A stretch of 64,000 bases of DNA. Origin: Eledone cirrhosa. Lineage: Eukaryota. A program made the translations under genes and the position numbers. The notes below the pieces were generated by a model. The model was given only the letters and a program-made list of their open reading frames with translations. It searched no databases and was not told the origin of the DNA. Shown here one piece after another: positions 23,601 through 36,363 of the stretch. How positions within the stretch are numbered: position 1 is the first letter of the stretch; each line of letters starts with the position of its first letter. The stretch covers positions 422,964,001 through 423,028,000 of the forward strand of contig OZ024740.1 of assembly GCA_964016885.1 (NCBI GenBank). The letters are read 5' to 3'.

Positions 23601-26600
23601 GAGACTGGTTGACAGGTCTGGATGTAAGGAGAGCTAGACCTTAGGAAAGAGAGGTGGTGTTGATAGAGAAGGTCAGACGTGTGGAGAGAGTGGTTAACAG
23701 GTCTGGATGTAAGGAGAGCTAGACCTTAGGACAGAGAGGAGGTGTTGATAGAGAAGGTCAGAAGTGTGGAGAGAGTGGTTGACAGGTCTGGGTGTAAGGA
23801 GAGCTAGACCTTAGGACAGAGAGGAGGTGTTGATAGAGAAGGTCAGAAGTGTGGCGAGAGTGGTTGACAGGTCTGGATGTAAGGAGAGCTAGACCTTAGG
23901 ACAGAGAAGAGGTGTTGATAGAGAAGGTCAGAAGTGTGGAGAGAGTGGTACACAGGTCTGGATGTAAGGAGAGCTAGACCTTAGGACAGAGAGGATGTGT
24001 TGATAGTGAAGGTCAGAAGTGTGGAGAGAGTGGTTGACTGGTCTGGATGTAAGGAGAGCTGGATCTTAGGATAGAGAGGAGGTGTTTATTGAGAAGGTCG
24101 GATTTTTGGAGAGAGTGGTTGACAGGTCTGGATGTAAGGAGAGCTAGACCTTAGGACAGAGAAGAGGTGTTGATGGAGAAGGTCAGAAGTGTGGAGAGAG
24201 TGGTTGACAGGTCTGGATGTAAGGAGAGCTGGACCTTAGGACAGAGAGGAGGTGTTGATAGAGAAGGTCAGAAGTGTGGAGAGAGTGGTAGAGAGGTCTC
24301 GATGTAAGGAGATCTAGACCTCAGGACAGAGAGGAGGTGTTGATAGAGAAGGTCAGATGTGTGGAGAGAGTGGTTGACAGGTCTGGATGTAAGGAGAGCT
24401 AGACCTTAGGACAGAAGGGAGGTGTTGATAGAGAAGGTCAGAAGTGTGGAGAGAGTGGTTGACAGTTCTGGATGTAAGGAGAGCTGGACCTTAGGAGAGA
24501 GAGGAGGTGTTGATCGAGAAGGTAAGATGTGTGGAGAGAGTGGTTGACAGGTCTGGATGTAAGGAGAGCTAGACCTTAGGACAGAGAAGAGGTGTTGATG
24601 GAGAAGGTCAGAAGTGTGGAGAGAGTGGTTGACAGGTCTGGATGTAAGGAGAGCTGGACCTTAGGACATAGAGGAGGTGTTGATAGAGAAGGTCAGAAGT
24701 GTGGAGAGAGTGGTTGACAGGTCTGGTTGTAAGGACAGCTGGACCTTAGGAAAGAGAGGAGGTGTTGATAGAGAAGGTCAGAAGTGTGGAGAGAGTGGTT
24801 GACAGGTCTGGATGTAAGGACAGCTGGACCTTAGGACAGAGAGGAGGTGTTGATAGAGAAGGTCAGAAGTCTGGAGAGAGTGGTTGACAGGTCTGGATGT
24901 GAGCAGAGCTAGACCTTAGGAAAGAGAGGAGGTGTTGATAGAGAAGGTCAGAAGTGTGGAGAGAGTGGTTGACAGGTCTGGATGTAAGGAGAGGTGGACC
25001 TTAGGACAGAGAGGAGGTGTTGATGGAGAAGGTAAGAAGTTTGGAGAGAGTGGTAGAGAGGTCTGGATGTAAGGAGAGCTGGACCTTAGGACAGAGAGGA
25101 GGTGTTGATGGAGAAGGTCAGAAGTGTGGAGATAGTGGTTGACAGGTCTGGATGTAAGGAGAGCTGGACCTTAGGACATAGAGGAGGTGTTGATAGAGAA
25201 GGTCAGAAGTGTGGAGAGAGTGATTGACAGGTCTGGATGTAAGGAGAGCTGGACCTTAGGACAGAGAGGAGGTGTTTATAGAGAAGGTCAGATATGTGGA
25301 GAGAGTGGTTGACAGGTCTGGATGTAAGGAGAGCTGGACCTTAGGACAGAGAGGAGATGTTGTTAGAGAAGGTCAGAAGTGTGGAGAGAGTGGTTGACAG
25401 GTCTGGATGTAAGGAGAGCTAGACCTTAGGACAGAGAGGAGGTGTTGATAGAGAAGGTCAAAAGTGTGGAGAGAGTGGATGACAGGTCTGGATGTAAGGA
25501 GAGCTAGACCTTAGGACAGAAGGGAGGTGTTGATAGAGGTCAGAAGTGTGGAGAGAGTGGTTGACAGGTCTGGATGTAAGGAGAGCTGGACCTTAGGACA
25601 GAGAGGAGGTGTTGATTGAGAAGGTCAAAAGTGTGGAGAGAGTGGTTGACAGGTCTGGATGTAAGGAGAGCTGGACCTTAGGACAGAGAGGAGGTGTTGA
25701 TAGAGAAGGTCAGAAGTGTGGAGAGAGTGGTAGAGAGGTCTCGATGTAAGGAGATCTAGGACAGAGAGGAGGTGTTGATAGAGAAGGTCAGACGTGTGGA
25801 GAGAGTGGTTGACAGGTCTGGATGTAAGGAGAGCTGGACCTTAGGAGAGAGAAGGGGTGTTGATGGAGAAGGTCAGAAGTGTGGAGAGAGTGGTTGACAG
25901 GTCTGTATGTAAGGAGAGCTGGACCTTAGGACATAGAGGAGGTGTTGATAGAGAAGGTCAGAATTGTGGAGAGAGTGGTTGACAGGTCTGGATGTAAGGA
26001 CAGCTGGACCTTAGGACAGAGAGGAGGTGTTGATAGAGAAGGTCAGAAGTCTGGAGAGAATGGTTGACAGGTCTGGATGTAAGGAGAGCTGGACCTTAGG
26101 ACAGGGAGGAGGTGTTGATAGTGAAGGTCAGAAGTGTGGAGAGAGTGGTTGACAGGTCTGGGTGTAAGGAGAGCTAGAGCTTAGGACAGAAGGGAGGTGT
26201 TGATAGAGGTCAGAAGTGTGGAGAGAGTGGTAGAGAGGTCTGGATGTAAGAAGAGCTGGACCTTAGGACATAGAGGAGGTGTTGATAGAGAAGGTCAGAA
26301 GTGTGGAGAGAATGGTTGACAGGTCTGGATGTAAGGAGAGCTGGACCTTAGGACAGGGAGGAGGTGTTGATAGTGAAGGTCAGAAGTGTGGAGAGAGTGG
26401 TTGACAGGTCTGGGTGTAAGGAGAGCTAGACCTTAGGACAGAGAGGAGGTGTTGATAGAGAAGGTCAGAAGTGTGGAGAGAGTGGTTGACAGGTCTGGAT
26501 GTAAGGAGAGCTAGACCTTAGGACAGAGAGGATGTGTTGATAGTGAAGGTCAGAGGTGTGGAGAGAGTGGTTGACTGGTCTGGATGTAAGGACAGCTGGA

Positions 26601-28890
26601 CCTTAGGATAGAGAGGAGGTGTTTATTGAGAAGGTCTGATTTTTGGAGAGTGGTTGACAGGTTTGGATGTAAGGAGAGCTAGACCTTAGGACAGAGAAGA
26701 GGTGTTGATGGAGAAGGTCAGAAGTGTGGAGAGAGTGATTGACAGGTCTGGATGTAAGGAGAGCTGGACCTTAGGATATAGAGGAGGTGTTGATAGAGAA
26801 GGTCAGAATTGTGGAGAGAGTGGTTGACAGGTCTGGATGTAAGGACAGCTGGACCTTAGGACAGAGAGGAGGTGTTGATAGAGAAGGTCAGAAGTCTGGA
26901 GAGAGTGGTTGACAGGTCTGGATGTAAGGAGAGCTAGACCTTAGGAAAGAGAGGAGGTGTTGATAGAGAAGGTCAGAAGTGTGGAGAGAGTGGTTGACAG
27001 GTCTGGATGTAAGGACAGCTGGACCTTAGGACAGAGAGGAGGTGTTGATAGAGAAGGTCAGAAGTGTGGAGAGAGTGGTTGACAGGTCTGGATGTAAGGA
27101 GAGCTAGACCTTAGGAAAGAGAGGAGGTGTTTATAGAGAAGGTCAGATATGTGGAGAGAGTGGTTGACAGGTCTGGATGTAAGGAGAGCTGGACCTTAGG
27201 ACAGAGAGGAGATGTTGTTAGAGAAGGTCAGAAGTGTGGAGAGAGTGGTTGACAGGTCTGGATGTAAGGAGAGCTAGACCTTAGGACAGAGAGGAGGTGT
27301 TGATAGAGAAGGTCAAAAGTGTGGAGAGAGTGGATGACAGGTCTGGATGTAAGGAGAGCTAGACCTTAGGACAGAAGGGAGGTGTTGATAGAGGTCAGAA
27401 GTGTGGAGAGAGTGGTTGACAGGTCTGGATGTAAGGAGAGCTGGACCTTAGGACAGAGAGGAGGTGTTGATTGAGAAGGTCAAAAGTGTGGAGAGAGTGG
27501 TTGACAGGTCTGGATGTAAGGAGAGCTGGACCTTAGGACAGAGAGGAGGTGTTGATAGAGAAGGTCAGAAGTGTGGAGAGAGTGGTAGAGAGGTCTCGAT
27601 GTAAGGAGATCTAGGACAGAGAGGAGGTGTTGATAGAGAAGGTCAGATGTGTGGAGAGAGTGGTTGACAGGTCTGGATGTAAGGAGAGCTGGACCTTAGG
27701 AGAGAGAAGGGGTGTTGATGGAGAAGGTCAGAAGTGTGGAGAGAGTGGTTGACAGGTCTGTATGTAAGGAGAGCTGGACCTTAGGACATAGAGGAGGTGT
27801 TGATAGAGAAGGTCAGAATTGTGGAGAGAGTGGTTGACAGGTCTGGATGTAAGGACAGCTGGACCTTAGGACAGAGAGGAGGTGTTGATAGAGAAGGTCA
27901 GAAGTCTGGAGAGAATGGTTGACAGGTCTGGATGTAAGGAGAGCTGGACCTTAGGACAGGGAGGAGGTGTTGATAGTGAAGGTCAGAAGTGTGGAGAGAG
28001 TGGTTGACAGGTCTGGGTGTAAGGAGAGCTAGAGCTTAGGACAGAAGGGAGGTGTTGATAGAGGTCAGAAGTGTGGAGAGAGTGGTAGAGAGGTCTGGAT
28101 GTAAGAAGAGCTGGACCTTAGGACATAGAGGAGGTGTTGATAGAGAAGGTCAGAAGTGTGGAGAGAATGGTTGACAGGTCTGGATGTAAGGAGAGCTGGA
28201 CCTTAGGACAGGGAGGAGGTGTTGATAGTGAAGGTCAGAAGTGTGGAGAGAGTGGTTGACAGGTCTGGGTGTAAGGAGAGCTAGACCTTAGGACAGAGAG
28301 GAGGTGTTGATAGAGAAGGTCAGAAGTGTGGAGAGAGTGGTTGACAGGTCTGGATGTAAGGAGAGCTAGACCTTAGGACAGAGAGGATGTGTTGATAGTG
28401 AAGGTCAGAGGTGTGGAGAGAGTGGTTGACTGGTCTGGATGTAAGGACAGCTGGACCTTAGGATAGAGAGGAGGTGTTTATTGAGAAGGTCTGATTTTTG
28501 GAGAGTGGTTGACAGGTTTGGATGTAAGGAGAGCTAGACCTTAGGACAGAGAAGAGGTGTTGATGGAGAAGGTCAGAAGTGTGGAGAGAGTGATTGACAG
28601 GTCTGGATGTAAGGAGAGCTGGACCTTAGGATATAGAGGAGGTGTTGATAGAGAAGGTCAGAATTGTGGAGAGAGTGGTTGACAGGTCTGGATGTAAGGA
28701 CAGCTGGACCTTAGGACAGAGAGGAGGTGTTGATAGAGAAGGTCAGAAGTCTGGAGAGAGTGGTTGACAGGTCTGGATGTAAGGAGAGCTAGACCTTAGG
28801 AAAGAGAGGAGGTGTTGATAGAGAAGGTCAGAAGTGTGGAGAGAGTGGTTGACAGGTCTGGATGTAAGGACAGCTGGACCTTAGGACAGA
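14667..28890 (+). repeat. Higher-order duplication, period 7104 bp (84 monomers minus 36 bp), 2 copies
   Basis: AAGCGTGG has its C at 16321 and 23425, and CGGATTTTT lies at 16995 and 24099. Ten deletions per period sum to 36 bp (six of 3 bp, two of 7 bp, two of 2 bp). One difference was seen: A17110 versus T24214. Confidence 0.93.
18159..21786 (+). repeat. Nested duplication, period 1855 bp (22 monomers minus 15 bp), repeated again at about 25263-28890
   Basis: The 7-bp-deleted TCTAGGACAG lies at 18651 and 20506, and the markers CAGAGGTGTG and GGATATAG appear in both copies. The copies differ at C18689 versus T20544. Confidence 0.92.
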
Positions 28891-31800
28891 GAGGAGGTGT
28901 TGATAGAGAAGGTCAGAAGTGTGGAGAGAGTGGTTGACAGGTCTGGATGTAAGGAGAGCTAGACCTTAGGAAAGAGAGGAGGTGTTGATAGAGAAGGTCA
29001 GAAGTGTGGAGAGAGTGGTTGACAGGTCTGGATGTAAGGAGAGGTGGACCTTAGGACAGAGAGGAGGTGTTTATAGAGAAGGTCAGATATGTGGAGAGAG
29101 TGGTTGACAGGTCTGGATGTAAGGCGAGCTGGACCTTAGGACAGAGAGGAGATGTTGTTAGAGAAGGTCAGAAGTGTGGAGAGAGTGGATGACAGGTCTG
29201 GATGTAAGGAGAGCTAGACCTTAGGACAGAAGGGAGGTGTTGATAGAGGTCAGAAGTGTGGAGAGAGTGGTTGACAGGTCTGGATGTAAGGAGAGCTGGA
29301 CCTTAGGACAGAGAGGAGGTGTTGATTGAGAAGGTCAAAAGTGTGGAGAGAGTGGTTGACAGGTCTGGATGTAAGGAGAGCTGGACCTTAGGACAGAGAG
29401 GAGGTGTTGATAGAGAAGGTCAGATGTGTGGAGAGAGTGGTTGACAGGTCTGGATGTAAGGAGAGCTGGACCTTAGGAGAGAGAGGAGGTGTTGATCGGG
29501 AAGGTAAGATGTGTGGAGAGAGTGGTTGACAGGTCTGGATGTAAGGACAGCTGGACCTTAGGACAGAGAGGAGGTGTTGATAGAGAAGGTCAGATGTGTG
29601 GAGAGAGTGGTAGAGAGGTCTGGATGTAAGGAGAGCTAGACCTTAGGACAGAGAGGAGGTGTTGATGGAGAATGTAAGAAGTGTGGAGAGAGTGGTTGAC
29701 AGGTCTGGATGTAAGGAGAGCTGGACCTTAGGACAGGGAGGAGGTGTTGATAGTGAAGGTCAGAAGTGTGGAGAGAGTGGTTGACAGGTCTGGGTGTAAG
29801 GAGAGCTAGACCTTAGGACAGAGAGGAGGTGTTGATAGAGAAGGTCAGAAGTGTGGAGAGAGTGGTTGACAGGTCTGGATGTAAGGAGAGCTAGACCTTA
29901 GGACAGAGAGGATGTGTTGATAGTGAAGGTCAGAGGTGTGGAGAGAGTGGTTGACTGGTCTGGATGTAAGGACAGCTGGACCTTAGGATAGAGAGGAGGT
30001 GTTTATTGAGAAGGTCTGATTTTTGGAGAGTGGTTGACAGGTTTGGATGTAAGGAGAGCTAGACCTTAGGACAGAGAAGAGGTGTTGATGGAGAAGGTCA
30101 GAAGTGTGGAGAGAGTGATTGACAGGTCTGGATGTAAGGAGAGCTGGACCTTAGGACATAGAGGAGGTGTTGATAGAGAAGGTCAGAATTGTGGAGAGAG
30201 TGGTTGACAGGTCTGGATGTAAGGACAGCTGGACCTTAGGACAGAGAGGAGGTGTTGATAGAGAAGGTCAGAAGTCTGGAGAGAGTGGTTGACAGGTCTG
30301 GATGTAAGGAGAGCTAGACCTTAGGAAAGAGAGGAGGTGTTGATAGAGAAGGTCAGAAGTGTGGAGAGAGTGGTTGACAGGTCTGGATGTAAGGACAGCT
30401 GGACCTTAGGACAGAGAGGAGGTGTTGATAGAGAAGGCCAGAAGTGTGGAGAGAGTGGTTGACAGGTCTGGATGTAAGGAGAGCTAGACCTTAGGAAAGA
30501 GAGGAGGTGTTGATAGAGAAGGTCAGAAGTGTGGAGAGAGTGGTTGACAGGTCTGGATGTAAGGAGAGGTGGACCTTAGGACAGAGAGGAGGTGTTTATA
30601 GAGAAGGTCAGATATGTGGAGAGAGTGGTTGACAGGTCTGGATGTAAGGCGAGCTGGACCTTAGGACAGAGAGGAGATGTTGTTAGAGAAGGTCAGAAGT
30701 GTGGAGAGAGTGGTTGACAGGTCTGGATGTAAGGAGAGCTAGACCTTAGGACAGAGAGGAGGTGTTGATAGAGAAGGTCAAAAGTGTGGAGAGAGTGGAT
30801 GACAGGTCTGGATGTAAGGAGAGCTAGACCTTAGGACAGAAGGGAGGTGTTGATAGAGGTCAGAAGTGTGGAGAGAGTGGTTGACAGGTCTGGATGTAAG
30901 GAGAGCTGGACCTTAGGACAGAGAGGAGGTGTTGATTGAGAAGGTCAAAAGTGTGGAGAGAGTGGTTGACAGGTCTGGATGTAAGGAGAGCTGGACCTTA
31001 GGACAGAGAGGAGGTGTTGATAGAGAAGGTCAGATGTGTGGAGAGAGTGGTTGACAGGTCTGGATGTAAGGAGAGCTGGACCTTAGGAGAGAGAGGAGGT
31101 GTTGATCGGGAAGGTAAGATGTGTGGAGAGAGTGGTTGACAGGTCTGGATGTAAGGACAGCTGGACCTTAGGACAGAGAGGAGGTGTTGATAGAGAAGGT
31201 CAGATGTGTGGAGAGAGTGGTAGAGAGGTCTGGATGTAAGGAGAGCTGGACCTTAGGACGGAGAGGAGGTGTTGATAGAGAAGGTCAGAAGTGTGGAGAG
31301 AGTGGTAGAGAGGTCTGGATGTAAGGAGAGCTAGACCTTAGGACAGAGAGGAGGTGTTGATGGAGAATGTAAGAAGTGTGGAGAGAGTGGTTGACAGGTC
31401 TGGATGTAAGGAGAGCTAGACCTTAGGACAGAGAGGAGGTGTTGATAGAGAAGGTAAGAAGTGTGGAGAGAGTGGTTGACAGGTCTGGATGTAAGGAGAG
31501 CTAGACCTTAGGACAGAGAGGAGGTGTTGATAGAGAAGGTCAGAAGTGTGGAGAGAGTGGTTGACAGGTCTGGATGTAAGGAGAGCTAGACCTTAGGACA
31601 GAGAGGAGGTGTTGATAGAGAAGGTCAGAAGTGTGGAGAGAGTGGTTGACAGGTCTGGATGTAAGGAGAGCTGGATCTTAGGACAGAGAGGAGGTGTTGT
31701 TAGAGAATGTCAGAAGTGTGGAGAGACTGGTTGACAGGTCTGGATGTAAGGAGAGCTAGACCTTAGGAAAGAGAGGTGGTGTTGATAGAGAAGGTCAGAC

Positions 31801-32756
31801 GTGTGGAGAGAGTGGTTAACAGGTCTGGATGTAAGGAGAGCTAGACCTTAGGACAGAGAGGAGGTGTTGATAGAGAAGGTCAGAAGTGTGGAGAGAGTGG
31901 TTGACAGGTCTGGATGTAAGGAGAGCTGGATCTTAGGACAGAGAGGAGGTGTTGTTAGAGAAGGTCAGAAGTGTGGAGAGAGTGGTTGACAGGTCTGGAT
32001 GTAAGGAGAGCTAGACCTTAGGAAAGAGAGGAGGTGTTGATAGAGAAGGTCAGACGTGTGGAGAGAGTGGTTGACAGGTCTGGATGTAAGGAGAGCTAGA
32101 CCTTAGGACAGAGAGGAGGTGTTGATAGAGAAGGTCAGAAGTGTGGAGAGAGTGGTAGAGAGGTCTGGATGTAAGGAGAGCTAGACCTTAGGACAGAGAG
32201 GAGGTGTTGATAGAGAAGGTCAGAAGTGTGGAGAGAGTGGTAGAGAGGTCTGGATGTAAGGAGAGCTAGACTTTAGGAAAGAGAGGAGGTGTTGATAGAG
32301 AAGGTCAGATGTGTGGAGAGAGTGGTTGACAGGTGTGGATGTAAGGAGAGCTAGACCTTAGGACTGAGAGGAGATGTTGATAGAGAAGGTCAGAAGTGTG
32401 GAGAGAGTGGTAGAGAGGTCTGGATGTAAGGAGAGCTAGACTTTAGGAAAGAGAGGAGGTTTTGATAGAGAAGGTCAGAAGTGTGGAGAGAGTGGTTGAT
32501 AGGTCTGGATGTAAGGAGAGCTGGACCTTAGGACAGAGAAGAGGTGTTGATGGAGAAGGTCAGAAGTTGGGAGAGAGTGGTTGACAGGTCTGGATGTAAG
32601 GACAGCTGGACCTTAGGACAGAGAGGAGGTGTTGATAGAGAAGGTCAGAAGTGTGGAGAGAGTGGTTGACAGGTCTGGATGTAAGGAGAGCTAGACCTTA
32701 TGACAGAGAGGGGGTGTTGATAGTGAAGGTCAGAAGTGTGGAGAGAGTGGTTGACT

Positions 32757-35700
32757 GGTCTGGATGTAAGGAGAGCTGGACCTTAGGACAGAGAGGAGGT
32801 GTTGATAGTGAAGGTCAGAAGTGTGGAGAGAGTGGTTGACTGGTCTGGGTGTAAGGACAGCTGGACCTTAGGATAGAGAGGAGGTGTTTATTGAGAAGGT
32901 CTGATTTTTGGAGAGTGGTTGACAGGTTTGGATGTAAGGAGAGCTAGACCTTAGGACAGAGAAGAGGTGTTGATGGAGAAGGTCAGAAGTGTGGAGAGAG
33001 TGATTGACAGGTCTGGATGTAAGGAGAGCTGGACCTTAGGACATAGAGGAGGTGTTGATAGAGAAGGTCAGAATTGTGGAGAGAGTGGTTGACAGGTCTG
33101 GATGTAAGGACAGCTGGACCTTAGGACAGAGAGGAGGTGTTGATAGAGAAGGTCAGAAGTCTGGAGAGAGTGGTTGACAGGTCTGGATGTAAGGAGAGCT
33201 AGACCTTAGGAAAGAGAGAAGGTGTTGATAGAGAAGGTCAGAAGTGTGGAGAGAGTGGTTGACAGGTCTGGATGTAAGGACAGCTGGACCTTAGGACAGA
33301 GAGGAGGTGTTGATAGAGAAGGTCAGAAGTGTGTAGAGAGTGGTTGACAGGTCTGGATGTAAGGAGAGCTAGACCTTAGGAAAGAGAGGAGGTGTTGATA
33401 GAGAAGGTCAGAAGTGTGGAGAGAGTGGTTGACAGGTCTGGATGTAAGGAGAGGTGGACCTTAGGACAGAAAGGAGGTGTTGATGGAGAAGGTAAGAAGT
33501 TTGGAGAGAGTGGTAGAGAGGTCTGGATGTAAGGAGAGCTGGACCTTAGGACTGAGAAGAGGTGTTGATAGAGAAGGTCAGAAGTGTGGAGAGAGTGGTT
33601 GACAGGTCTGGATGTAAGGATAGCTGGACCTTAGGACAGAGCGGAGGTGTTTATAGAGAAGGTCAGATATGTGGAGAGAGTGGTTGACAGGTCTGGATGT
33701 AAGGCGAGCTGGACCTTAGGACAGAGAGGAGATGTTGTTAGAGAAGGTCAGAAGTGTGGAGAGAGTGGTTGACAGGTCTGGATGTAAGGAGAGCTAGACC
33801 TTAGGACAGAGAGGAGGTGTTGATAGAGAAGGTCAAAAGTGTGGAGAGAGTGGATGACAGGTCTGGATGTAAGGAGAGCTAGACCTTAGGACAGAAGGGA
33901 GGTGTTGATAGAGGTCAGAAGTGTGGAGAGAGTGGTTGACAGGTCTGGATGTAAGGAGAGCTGGACCTTAGGACAGAGAGGAGGTGTTGATTGAGAAGGT
34001 CAAAAGTGTGGAGAGAGTGGTTGACAGGTCTGGATGTAAGGAGAGCTGGACCTTAGGACAGAGAGGAGGTGTTGATAGAGAAGGTCAGATGTGTGGAGAG
34101 AGTGGTTGACAGGTCTGGATGTAAGGAGAGCTGGACCTTAGGAGAGAGAGGAGGTGTTGATCGGGAAGGTAAGATGTGTGGAGAGAGTGGTTGACAGGTC
34201 TGGATGTAAGGACAGCTGGACCTTAGGACAGAGAGGAGGTGTTGATAGAGAAGGTCAGAAGTCTGGAGAGAATGGTTGACAGGTCTGGATGTGAGGAGAG
34301 CTAGAGCTTAGGACAGAAGGGAGGTGTTGATAGAGAAGGTCAGAAGTGTGGAGAGAGTGGTTGACAGGTCTGGATGTAAGGAGAGGTGGACCTTAGGACA
34401 GAAAGGAGGTGTTGATGGAGAAGGTAAGAAGTTTGGAGAGAGTGGTAGAGAGGTCTGGATGTAAGGAGAGCTGGACCTTAGGACAGAGAAGAGGTGTTGA
34501 TAGAGAAGGTCAGAAGTGTGGAGAGAGTGGTTGACAGGTCTGGATGTAAGGAGAGCTGGACCTTAGGACAGAGAGGAGGTGTTGATAGTGAAGGTCAGAA
34601 GTGTGGAGAGAGTGGTTGACTGGTCTGGGTGTAAGGACAGCTGGACCTTAGGATAGAGAGGAGGTGTTTATTGAGAAGGTCTGATTTTTGGAGAGTGGTT
34701 GACAGGTTTGGATGTAAGGAGAGCTAGACCTTAGGACAGAGAAGAGGTGTTGATGGAGAAGGTCAGAAGTGTGGAGAGAGTGATTGACAGGTCTGGATGT
34801 AAGGAGAGCTGGACCTTAGGACATAGAGGAGGTGTTGATAGAGAAGGTCAGAATTGTGGAGAGAGTGGTTGACAGGTCTGGATGTAAGGACAGCTGGACC
34901 TTAGGACAGAGAGGAGGTGTTGATAGAGAAGGTCAGAAGTCTGGAGAGAGTGGTTGACAGGTCTGGATGTAAGGAGAGCTAGACCTTAGGAAAGAGAGAA
35001 GGTGTTGATAGAGAAGGTCAGAAGTGTGGAGAGAGTGGTTGACAGGTCTGGATGTAAGGACAGCTGGACCTTAGGACAGAGAGGAGGTGTTGATAGAGAA
35101 GGTCAGAAGTGTGTAGAGAGTGGTTGACAGGTCTGGATGTAAGGAGAGCTAGACCTTAGGAAAGAGAGGAGGTGTTGATAGAGAAGGTCAGAAGTGTGGA
35201 GAGAGTGGTTGACAGGTCTGGATGTAAGGAGAGGTGGACCTTAGGACAGAAAGGAGGTGTTGATGGAGAAGGTAAGAAGTTTGGAGAGAGTGGTAGAGAG
35301 GTCTGGATGTAAGGAGAGCTGGACCTTAGGACTGAGAAGAGGTGTTGATAGAGAAGGTCAGAAGTGTGGAGAGAGTGGTTGACAGGTCTGGATGTAAGGA
35401 TAGCTGGACCTTAGGACAGAGCGGAGGTGTTTATAGAGAAGGTCAGATATGTGGAGAGAGTGGTTGACAGGTCTGGATGTAAGGCGAGCTGGACCTTAGG
35501 ACAGAGAGGAGATGTTGTTAGAGAAGGTCAGAAGTGTGGAGAGAGTGGTTGACAGGTCTGGATGTAAGGAGAGCTAGACCTTAGGACAGAGAGGAGGTGT
35601 TGATAGAGAAGGTCAAAAGTGTGGAGAGAGTGGATGACAGGTCTGGATGTAAGGAGAGCTAGACCTTAGGACAGAAGGGAGGTGTTGATAGAGGTCAGAA

Positions 35701-36363
35701 GTGTGGAGAGAGTGGTTGACAGGTCTGGATGTAAGGAGAGCTGGACCTTAGGACAGAGAGGAGGTGTTGATTGAGAAGGTCAAAAGTGTGGAGAGAGTGG
35801 TTGACAGGTCTGGATGTAAGGAGAGCTGGACCTTAGGACAGAGAGGAGGTGTTGATAGAGAAGGTCAGATGTGTGGAGAGAGTGGTTGACAGGTCTGGAT
35901 GTAAGGAGAGCTGGACCTTAGGAGAGAGAGGAGGTGTTGATCGGGAAGGTAAGATGTGTGGAGAGAGTGGTTGACAGGTCTGGATGTAAGGACAGCTGGA
36001 CCTTAGGACAGAGAGGAGGTGTTGATAGAGAAGGTCAGAAGTCTGGAGAGAATGGTTGACAGGTCTGGATGTGAGGAGAGCTAGAGCTTAGGACAGAAGG
36101 GAGGTGTTGATAGAGAAGGTCAGAAGTGTGGAGAGAGTGGTTGACAGGTCTGGATGTAAGGAGAGGTGGACCTTAGGACAGAAAGGAGGTGTTGATGGAG
36201 AAGGTAAGAAGTTTGGAGAGAGTGGTAGAGAGGTCTGGATGTAAGGAGAGCTGGACCTTAGGACAGAGAAGAGGTGTTGATAGAGAAGGTCAGAAGTGTG
36301 GAGAGAGTGGTTGACAGGTCTGGATGTAAGGAGAGCTGGACCTTAGGACAGAGAGGAGGTGTT
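32757..36363 (+). repeat. Higher-order duplication, period 1780 bp (21 monomers minus 5 bp), 2 copies
   Basis: TGGTCTGGGT lies at 32841 and 34621, and TAGCTGGACC...GCGGAGG at 33621 and 35401. Confidence 0.93.
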
